From positions 1-31,763 of the IMG/VR virus record IMGVR_UViG_3300047561_000086: 31,763 nt of DNA; one strand, given 5' to 3'. A model generated the notes under the pieces. It had not been told where the DNA came from, searched no databases, and worked only from the letters and a program-made list of their open reading frames with translations. The translations under genes and the position numbers were made by a program. The stretch is from a virus (taxonomy: Duplodnaviria; Caudoviricetes). Each line of letters opens with the position of its first letter. Positions within the stretch are counted from its first letter, which is position 1. Positions 24,902-31,763 of this stretch are shown piece by piece.

Positions 24902-25595
24902 ACTCAAAATAGATTGGGCAAGCCATGAGGCTGCAAAATATGCTTGTGAAAATTGGCATTACAGTAAAGTAATCCCCGTAGGAAAACTTGTTAAGGTAGG
25001 TGCATGGGAAGGTGGTAAGTTTATTGGTTGTGTTATTTTTGGGCGTGGTGCTAACAATAATATGCTCAAACCCTTTGGTTTAAATGCCGATGAAGGTTGT
25101 GAGTTAGTCCGAATTTCATTGCGTAAACATGAAACGCCGGTAAGTAAAATTTTATCTTTTGCTTTGAAGTTTTTAAAGAAACAATCACCTGAACTGCGAT
25201 TGGTTGTGTCTTACGCTGATGCTGACCAAAATCATCATGGTGGAATTTATCAAGCAACAAATTGGATATATGATGGTTTAAAAAATGCAAACACAATGGG
25301 TGCTTTTATCATAAATGGCAAAAAAACACATCCAAAATCGGTGCATAGCAAAGGCATAAAACAAACCATAGTAGCTGTAAAAAAACATTTAGACCCTAAT
25401 GCAACAATTTTTTATACTAAAGGCAAACATCGGTATTTAATGCCTCTTGATAAAGAAATGGGTGCTAAGATTGCACCACTAGCAAAGCCTTACCCTAAGC
25501 GTGAGAAGCAGGCGATGGTCGATTCCCTCGACACAGCGGCGGTGCGTCACCGACCCTCACGCTCCATATTGATAGAAGAACTTTCGGAGATATAA
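24885..25595 (+). CDS. mom: Mom-family (GNAT-fold) adenine hypermodification enzyme
   Basis: WHYS, FIGCVIFG, ELVRI, VVSYAD...HHGGIYQATNWIYDG, KHRY, KPYPK motifs; lies between ParB-N and terminase genes. Confidence 0.8.
   Translation: MQDKPELKIDWASHEAAKYACENWHYSKVIPVGKLVKVGAWEGGKFIGCVIFGRGANNNMLKPFGLNADEGCELVRISLRKHETPVSKILSFALKFLKKQSPELRLVVSYADADQNHHGGIYQATNWIYDGLKNANTMGAFIINGKKTHPKSVHSKGIKQTIVAVKKHLDPNATIFYTKGKHRYLMPLDKEMGAKIAPLAKPYPKREKQAMVDSLDTAAVRHRPSRSILIEELSEI
25499..25566 (+). tRNA. Non-canonical tRNA(Gly)-like element, anticodon TCC, CCA encoded, inside the 3' end of mom
   Basis: Perfect 7-bp acceptor stem GCGTGAG/CTCACGC plus T-CCA; anticodon arm GTCG-ATTCCCT-CGAC; bulged T-arm GGCGG-TGCGTCA-CCG(A)CC; reduced D-arm. 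Confidence 0.78.
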
Positions 25596-25596
25596 A

Positions 25597-25929
25597 GTGC
25601 AGCAAGGCAAAAAATATACCCCGACTGATGATAATAAGAAGCTAGTCAAGACGCTAGCGGCGGTTGGCATTACCTTTGAAGACATAGCGACCAAGCTAGA
25701 AATCAGTTCAGACACGCTTGTAAAGTACTACAAAAAAGAATTGGACGATGGGCGCATTGATGCTAACGCAAGCATTGGGCAGACCTTGTTCCAGCAGGCA
25801 AAGAACGGCAATACTGCTGCGGCTATCTTTTGGCTAAAGACCAGGGCTAGATGGAAAGAAACCCAAGCGGTTGAGCTTAGTGGCCCTGATGGGGCTGAAA
25901 TGGTTATCAGATGGCAAGCGGAATCATAG
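25597..25929 (+). CDS. terS: Terminase small subunit
   Basis: N-terminal HTH, GNTAAAIFWLKTRARW, VELSGPDG tail; GGAG SD, GTG start; overlaps TerL. Confidence 0.85.
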   Translation: MQQGKKYTPTDDNKKLVKTLAAVGITFEDIATKLEISSDTLVKYYKKELDDGRIDANASIGQTLFQQAKNGNTAAAIFWLKTRARWKETQAVELSGPDGAEMVIRWQAES

Positions 25930-27251
25930 AAATCCCGTACAGCCCTAGAAAGCAGTTTAGGGAGTTTCATGCCAGAACTGAACGCTGGGCTTGCTTGGTG
26001 GCCCACCGTAGGGCGGGCAAGACCGTGGCGGCTATCAATGACCTTATCAGGGCGGCAATCACTTGTAAAAGCCCCATGCCCTTGTTTGGGTACGTTGCCC
26101 CGTTTAGGAGCCAGGCTAAGAGCGTGGCGTGGGATTACCTTAAATACTTTGCCCGTCCCATTACCAAGTCCAGCAATGAAGGCGACCTAATCATTGAATT
26201 GCTCAATGGGGCAAAGATCAGGCTATTCGGGGCAGACAACGCCGATGCCATGCGTGGGCTAGGCTTTGATGGCCTTTACCTTGATGAGTACGGGGACTTT
26301 AAGCCTAGTGTTTGGGGTAACGTAATCAGGCCGGCGCTATCAGATAAGCAGGGCTGGTGCGTCTTTGGCGGCACACCCAAGGGCAAGAATCAGTTTTGGA
26401 GCATCTATGAGACAAGCAGAAAACTGCCAAACGACTGGTTTTCGCTATCCCTGCCTGCCAGCAAATCCAAGCTATTGCCCGAATCCGAGTTAGATGCGGC
26501 AAAGGCCCAACTAGCGGAAGATCAGTATTTGCAGGAATATGAGTGCAGTTTTGAGGCCGCAATCGTTGGCGCGATATGGGGCATTGAGATGCGTAAAGTC
26601 ACCGAAGACGGGCGCATTACCAAGGTTGAAAACCAAATTGAGGTCAAAACACACACTGCTTGGGACTTGGGGCATACCGATGACACAGCGATTTGGTGGT
26701 ATCAAGTCATAGCTGGTGAGATACACATTGTTGATTTTTTTGCACTTTCTGGTGGCACAATCGAAGAATTTGTATCAAAAATCAAAGAAAAACCCTACAA
26801 TTACGGAAAGCACTACTTACCGCATGATGCAAGGGCTAGGACTTTGGCAAGCGGTGGGAAGTCAGTAATTGAGCAAATGGCAGCAAAATTGGGCATCAAC
26901 AACCTGGCTATTGTGCCAAGTTTAAGTGTCCAAGAGGGCATTCAGGCTGTGCGTACAGCATTGCCTAGATGTTGGTTTGATGCTGAAAAATGCGCAGATG
27001 GCATTGAGGCGTTAAGGCAGTATCAGCGTGAGTATGATGAAGACAAGAAGGCTTTTAGGCAAACGCCCAAGCACGATTGGACAAGTCACCCCGCTGATGC
27101 CATGAGGATGTTAGCAATTAGCTGGCGGGAAGAACCGAAAGATAAACCGCCAGACTCGAGTAAAGTGTTGATTGTTGGCCCTGAAAACGAAGTCACAATG
27201 AACGATATGTGGGCAATCCACAAACAAACCGCAAGGAGTAATCGAATATGA
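25911..27251 (+). CDS. terL: Terminase large subunit
   Basis: Walker A HRRAGKT, Walker B YLDE, GTPKG, nuclease WDLG...D and HPADA. Confidence 0.97.
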   Translation: MASGIIEIPYSPRKQFREFHARTERWACLVAHRRAGKTVAAINDLIRAAITCKSPMPLFGYVAPFRSQAKSVAWDYLKYFARPITKSSNEGDLIIELLNGAKIRLFGADNADAMRGLGFDGLYLDEYGDFKPSVWGNVIRPALSDKQGWCVFGGTPKGKNQFWSIYETSRKLPNDWFSLSLPASKSKLLPESELDAAKAQLAEDQYLQEYECSFEAAIVGAIWGIEMRKVTEDGRITKVENQIEVKTHTAWDLGHTDDTAIWWYQVIAGEIHIVDFFALSGGTIEEFVSKIKEKPYNYGKHYLPHDARARTLASGGKSVIEQMAAKLGINNLAIVPSLSVQEGIQAVRTALPRCWFDAEKCADGIEALRQYQREYDEDKKAFRQTPKHDWTSHPADAMRMLAISWREEPKDKPPDSSKVLIVGPENEVTMNDMWAIHKQTARSNRI

Positions 27252-27562
27252 GTGGAATTAATACACCCTACGCCTACCAATATGAGCACGTGCCATCTAG
27301 TCAAACAGCGCAAGTGTTGGGCGGCACAGGCGCTGCTGGTGACTACATTCATCGCTTGGCTTGCACAGTATCAACTGCGGCAACAGGTAGCGTTCTTATT
27401 CTTGATGGTGCTAGTTTTAGCCACACCATACTACCTGCATTGCCTGGCGGCGGTGTTGGTCAATACGACATTGAGCTAAACGCACGATCTAGAAATGGCG
27501 CATGGAAGATCACCACAGGCGCAGGCGTTGAAGTGTTAGCTGTCGGCATTTTCTCGGCTTAA
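27248..27562 (+). CDS. Small beta-rich hypothetical (possibly virion) protein
   Basis: 104 aa, AGGAG SD, ATGA overlap with terL. Confidence 0.65.
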   Translation: MSGINTPYAYQYEHVPSSQTAQVLGGTGAAGDYIHRLACTVSTAATGSVLILDGASFSHTILPALPGGGVGQYDIELNARSRNGAWKITTGAGVEVLAVGIFSA

Positions 27563-27564
27563 TC

Positions 27565-27720
27565 ATGTCTAAAGCCGGACTTTATGCCAATATTTTGGCA
27601 AAACAAGAACGAATCAAAGCGGGTTCAGGCGAAAAAATGAACAAAGTGGGCAGCAAAGATGCCCCAACCGCCCAAGATTTTAAAGACGCTGCTAAAACCG
27701 CAAAGCCTGATAAAAAATGA
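27565..27720 (+). CDS. 51-aa basic phage protein (not in ORF track)
   Basis: MSKAGLYANILAKQERIKAGSGEKMNKVGSKDAPTAQDFKDAAKTAKPDKK; GLYANI...GSGEKM pattern familiar from aquatic podoviruses; ATGA overlap. Confidence 0.75.
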   Translation: MSKAGLYANILAKQERIKAGSGEKMNKVGSKDAPTAQDFKDAAKTAKPDKK

Positions 27721-28010
27721 CAGCCGCATGGACTCGCAAGGAAGGCAAAAACCCTGAGGGCGGGTTGAACGCCAAAGGGCGGGCGAGTTATGCAGCAGAA
27801 ACAGGCGGCAAGCTAAAGCCTCCCGTTAAGTCTGGCGACAACCCAAGGCGCGCATCTTTTCTTGCGCGAATGGGCGCCACCAATGGCCCAATGGAGAAGA
27901 ATGGCGAGCCTACACGGTTAGCCCTTGCTTTGAAGGCTTGGGGCGCATCATCTAAAGAAGATGCCAAAGCCAAGGCAAAAGCAATTTCTGAAAGAAACAA
28001 CAATGGCTGA
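27717..28010 (+). CDS. Basic phage protein (DUF6321-like)
   Basis: AWTRKEGKNPEGGLNAKGRASY...RRASFLARM...LALKAWG. Confidence 0.75.
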   Translation: MTAAWTRKEGKNPEGGLNAKGRASYAAETGGKLKPPVKSGDNPRRASFLARMGATNGPMEKNGEPTRLALALKAWGASSKEDAKAKAKAISERNNNG

Positions 28011-30219
28011 ATTAGTCCCAACGGAAGTTGACAAGTACAACACCCTGATCGCCACTTATGACAACGAGTTCAAGAAGTGGGAAGCGCGAACCAAGAAGAT
28101 TATTCGGCGCTACAGGGATGACACCCGAAGCGCAAGCGGCAATGACACTGCCAAATTTAATATTCTTTGGTCTAATGTTTCAACCTTAATCCCCGCTGTT
28201 TACAGCAAGATGCCAAAGGCTGATGTCAGCCGTAGGTTTGGCGACAATGACCCAGTTGGGCGTGTTGCATCTACACTGGTTGAACGTGCGCTAGATTTTG
28301 AGATTGAGCATTACACCGACTTTAGAAGCACCATGCGCCATGCGGTGGAAGATCGTTTCTTGGGAGGCCGAGGCGTGGCATGGGTTCGTTATGAGCCGCA
28401 CGTTGTGCAAATGCCTGGTATGCCCGAATCCCCTGAAAACGATGATGGCCTGCAAGTCACCGAAGATGCAGACGAGGCAGAAACCAAAGATTTCACCGCC
28501 GGCGAAGTTGAGCCAATGGAGCAGATTGAGTATGAATGCGCACCGACTGATTACGTCCATTGGGCTGATTTTGGCCACAGCGTTGCCCGTACATGGGAGG
28601 AAGTAACCCAAGTTTGGCGTTGGGTTTACATGACCAAAGACTCGCTGATTGAGCGTTTTGGCGAGGAAGCGGCTAAAAATATCCCGTTGGATAGCGGCCC
28701 TGATCCTTTGTCAAACTACGCAAGCAGCCAGCGAGAATACACGCGAGCAAAGATTTGCGAATTGTGGGACAAAGAAACCGCCAAGGTTTATTGGTTCAGC
28801 AAACAAGGCAACAAGTTTATTGATGTACGGGACGATCCGCTAGAGTTAGAGCAGTTTTTCCCCTGTTGCAGACCTTTGTATGCAACGATGACAAGCGACA
28901 GCCTTGTACCCGTGCCTGATTTCGTGTTGTATCAAGACCAGGCCAATGAACTGGACATCTTGAGCGACCGCATTGATGGGTTGGTTAAGTCTTTGCGTGT
29001 TCGCGGTGTTTACGATTCAAGCGTCCCCGCATTGCAGCGGTTGTTGACTGAGGGAGACAATAACTCCCTAATTCCTGTTGACAAGTGGATGGCGTTTAGT
29101 GAAAAAGGCGGCTTAAAAGGCGCAATTGACCTTCTGCCTTTGGATACATTGGCTAATGCTTTGCTCCAATGCTATCGGGCTAGGCAGGAAATCAAGCAGC
29201 AAATCTATGAAATCACGGGTTTGTCGGACATTTTGCGGGGTGCATCACAGGCCAGCGAGACCGCTACCGCCCAACAGATCAAAGGGCAATTTGCAAGCCT
29301 TAGATTGCGGTCTATGCAAGAGGAGGTGGCTTTGTTTGCCTCTGACTTGATTAGGCTTAAAGCGCAGATTATTTGCACCAAGTTCCAACCGCAAACCATA
29401 ATGATGTATGCGGCAGCGAGCCAAATGCAGCCCGTAGATCAGCAGATGATCCCGCAGGCTTTGGAATTGCTTAAAGACAAGCCATTGCGCAACTTCCGAA
29501 TTGAAGTGGCGGCAGATAGCTTGGTGCAATTGGATGAGGCGCAAATTAAGCGCGAGCGTACCGAGTTTATTGGTGCGTTTGCGGGATTCTTGCAGCAAGC
29601 GATGCCAGTTGCGCAAGCAAGCCCAGAGATGACCCCTGTTCTGATGGAAATCATGAAGTTTGGCGTTAGTGCGTTCAAATCATCGTCACAACTTGAGGGG
29701 GTTATTGACCAGGCGCTTGACCAAATCAAGCAAAAGATGGCGCAACCACCACCGCCCAAGCCTGACCCTGAGATGATAAAGTTGCAGGCCCAGCAGCAAT
29801 CTGAGCAAATGCGCGTCCAGGCAGATATACAAGCCGCCCAAGCAAAAGCACAATTTGACGCCCAATTACATCAAGCCAAAACCCAGGCTGATATGCAAAT
29901 GGAGCAAATGAAGATGCAAGCAGAAATGCAAGCCGAAGCGCAAAAACAACAATTTACGGCTCAACTTGAAAGCGCAAAACTTGCCCGCGAACAAGAAATG
30001 GAGCGTTTTAAAGCTGAATTAGATGCGAACACCAAGATTCGTGTTGCCCAAATTAGCCATTCAGCGTCTATGCTACCCGAAGATATGAACACGCATCAAC
30101 AAATGAGTATTGCGTTAAACCAAGACTTGCGCAATATGATTGAAAATTTGGCCAATCAAATTTCTTTATCAAACAATATTAAGCCTGATAAAGCTGTTGA
30201 TATGGTAATTATTGAGTAA
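28003..30219 (+). CDS. Portal protein with long Q/A-rich C-terminal coiled coil (P22-type barrel)
   Basis: FNILWSN, YEITGLSDILRG...ETATAQQIK motifs; between terminase and scaffold; start placed at MAELVPTE. Confidence 0.88.
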   Translation: MAELVPTEVDKYNTLIATYDNEFKKWEARTKKIIRRYRDDTRSASGNDTAKFNILWSNVSTLIPAVYSKMPKADVSRRFGDNDPVGRVASTLVERALDFEIEHYTDFRSTMRHAVEDRFLGGRGVAWVRYEPHVVQMPGMPESPENDDGLQVTEDADEAETKDFTAGEVEPMEQIEYECAPTDYVHWADFGHSVARTWEEVTQVWRWVYMTKDSLIERFGEEAAKNIPLDSGPDPLSNYASSQREYTRAKICELWDKETAKVYWFSKQGNKFIDVRDDPLELEQFFPCCRPLYATMTSDSLVPVPDFVLYQDQANELDILSDRIDGLVKSLRVRGVYDSSVPALQRLLTEGDNNSLIPVDKWMAFSEKGGLKGAIDLLPLDTLANALLQCYRARQEIKQQIYEITGLSDILRGASQASETATAQQIKGQFASLRLRSMQEEVALFASDLIRLKAQIICTKFQPQTIMMYAAASQMQPVDQQMIPQALELLKDKPLRNFRIEVAADSLVQLDEAQIKRERTEFIGAFAGFLQQAMPVAQASPEMTPVLMEIMKFGVSAFKSSSQLEGVIDQALDQIKQKMAQPPPPKPDPEMIKLQAQQQSEQMRVQADIQAAQAKAQFDAQLHQAKTQADMQMEQMKMQAEMQAEAQKQQFTAQLESAKLAREQEMERFKAELDANTKIRVAQISHSASMLPEDMNTHQQMSIALNQDLRNMIENLANQISLSNNIKPDKAVDMVIIE

Positions 30220-30336
30220 TCGTGCTATGTGTTGAAATTTTTGCTACAATTAAACCAGGCAAAATGTCAATGCGGACAAAATGCAGTTAATTTGGAACGA
30301 CCACATCGAATCAGATAACGAGGAAATTTTGCTCAT

Positions 30337-30678
30337 ATGAGAACAACTTACGTTATACGTAATGGCGAATTGGTTGAAAAACACAAAGCCAATGATGAAA
30401 TTAATGCACCTATGGTTATGGGTGACATTGCTCCTTACCAATCAATGATTGACGGTTCTATGATCCAGAGCCGAAGCCGACACCGTGAACATCTAAAAGC
30501 AAATGGATGTATTGAGGTGGGCAATGAATCAATGGAAACAAAACTCACAGCACCTTCTAGCGAAAAAAGGCGTGAGGTATTGGCGCAACAATTGGGCAAC
30601 ATGACCCATAGCGAGGCCAATAACATAATGAATACATTGCGTGAGCAAGCCAATCAAATGAAATACCACAGGAGATAA
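30337..30678 (+). CDS. Conserved phage hypothetical protein
   Basis: PYQSMIDGSMIQSRSRHREHLKANGCIEVGNE motif; GAGGA SD. Confidence 0.7.
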   Translation: MRTTYVIRNGELVEKHKANDEINAPMVMGDIAPYQSMIDGSMIQSRSRHREHLKANGCIEVGNESMETKLTAPSSEKRREVLAQQLGNMTHSEANNIMNTLREQANQMKYHRR

Positions 30679-30680
30679 TT

Positions 30681-31640
30681 TTGGATACTACAGAACCCAT
30701 TGTCCCAACAGAAGCGTCTGACAACCGCCGCGACTTGCTTTCACAGCAATTTGATGAGGTAGCGCAAGCTGAACCCGCAAAATTTGAGCGTGATGATACG
30801 GGTAAATTTGCTGCTACTAATGGTAAACCCGTAGAAGAACCGGCAGAAGAACCCGTTTGGAAACGTGCGCCAGCGAGCTGGAAGAAGGATTATCACGATG
30901 TCTGGCAAACCGCTGACCCAAGGATGCAAGAGTACGCCTGGCAGCGCGAAGAACAAATGCGCAAGGGCGTTGAGCCTTTAATCTCTAAGGCGCAGTTTGC
31001 AGACCAGATTAACGAGGTTGTCAGCCCTTATTTGCAAACCATACAGGGAATGGGGTTAGACGCCCCCAAAGCGGTTAAAGCCTTGCTGGAGGCTGACCAT
31101 CTGTTGCGAACCAGTAACGGGCAAAATAAATTGCAGTTATTTAGTAGATTAGCGCAACAATATGGTGTAAACTTAAACGAAGTCAACTTCCAGCAGGGGG
31201 TTGACCCGACGATTTATGCACTTCAAAACGAGCTAAACAATGTTCGTGGCGAGGTGAATGGCTGGAAACAGCAACAAGAGCAAGCTCAAAATCAGCAGCT
31301 TTTAGGCGAAATTGAAAAATTTAGCTCTAAAGCAGAACATTTTGAAGAAGCCCGTCCGACCATGATTCAGCTCCTACAGAGTGGCGTGGCCCAGACGTTA
31401 GAGGACGCATATGAAAAAGCTGTGCGACTCGACCCTGAGTTATTTGACAGCGTACAAATCAGCAAACAGGCCGAATTGGATAACGCAAAACGAGTAGCGG
31501 CAGACCGAGCAGCGAAATCTGCAAGGGCTAATGCGGTTTCGGTAAAGAGTTCCACACCAGGAATGGCAACCAAAAACAATGCTCAAGACCGACGCAGTTT
31601 ATTGGCAGAGCAATTTGACCAAATAACTGCACGACTTTAA
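30681..31640 (+). CDS. Capsid scaffolding protein
   Basis: Acidic N-terminus with RDDTGKF, APASW motif, helical Q/E-rich body; AGGAG SD with TTG start; precedes the capsid gene. Confidence 0.8.
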   Translation: MDTTEPIVPTEASDNRRDLLSQQFDEVAQAEPAKFERDDTGKFAATNGKPVEEPAEEPVWKRAPASWKKDYHDVWQTADPRMQEYAWQREEQMRKGVEPLISKAQFADQINEVVSPYLQTIQGMGLDAPKAVKALLEADHLLRTSNGQNKLQLFSRLAQQYGVNLNEVNFQQGVDPTIYALQNELNNVRGEVNGWKQQQEQAQNQQLLGEIEKFSSKAEHFEEARPTMIQLLQSGVAQTLEDAYEKAVRLDPELFDSVQISKQAELDNAKRVAADRAAKSARANAVSVKSSTPGMATKNNAQDRRSLLAEQFDQITARL

Positions 31641-31763
31641 TTGATATAGGAGAATTATTATGGCATTTGCCAATTCCAGTATCAGCGACATCATTGCGAC
31701 CAACATTCAAAGCCGTACTGGTGAGTTAGCTGATAACGTCACAAACAACAACGCCCTTTTGCG
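31637..31763 (+). repeat. Right copy of 127-bp terminal repeat (contains capsid gene start at 31660)
   Basis: Identical to 1-127. Confidence 0.97.

Noticed and set aside
25499-25566. tRNA-like element as an attP site or ordinary translational tRNA
   Set aside because: No integrase is present, both acceptor strands are retained, and the T-arm that att sites normally preserve is the divergent part; T/D-loop loss argues against ribosomal use. Simple decay is not formally excluded
1-31636. Stop-codon reassignment or introns
   Set aside because: Core genes are full length and uninterrupted in the standard code, and all three stop codons are used
31637-31763. Terminal repeat as a biological direct terminal repeat
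   Set aside because: 127 bp equals a common assembler k-mer length and the repeat cuts through the capsid gene; best read as circular-assembly overlap

Overview
The window is an apparently complete, circularly assembled genome (31,636 bp unique plus a 127-bp end overlap) of a small tailed dsDNA phage. It has a P22/T7-like podovirus structural module and a lambdoid-style early region. Plus strand 24-17185: major capsid, decoration proteins, adaptor, gp10-like nozzle, GNAT, three probable ejection proteins, Gly-rich tail fibre, lysis cassette with an inserted HNH endonuclease, and a metallophosphoesterase. Minus strand 17201-20836: ERF, YqaJ exonuclease, small SSB, MazG-like and small accessory genes. 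A symmetric divergent promoter/operator with only a Cro-like regulator follows; no CI or integrase was found. Plus strand 21000-31640: two structured small RNAs, replication initiator, nin-like genes, Dps-like, ParB-N plus Mom-family DNA-modification genes, terminase, portal and scaffold. Top finding: a 68-nt tRNA(Gly)-like element (25499-25566) inside the 3' end of the Mom-family gene. It keeps the GlyRS identity elements and CCA but has a bulged T-stem and degenerate T/D loops, suggesting a dedicated non-ribosomal glycyl donor for DNA hypermodification. Second finding: a 955-aa Q/N-rich virion protein whose N- and C-terminal repeat arrays mirror each other unit for unit. All product calls come from motif recognition and gene order; no database searches or folding programs were run.
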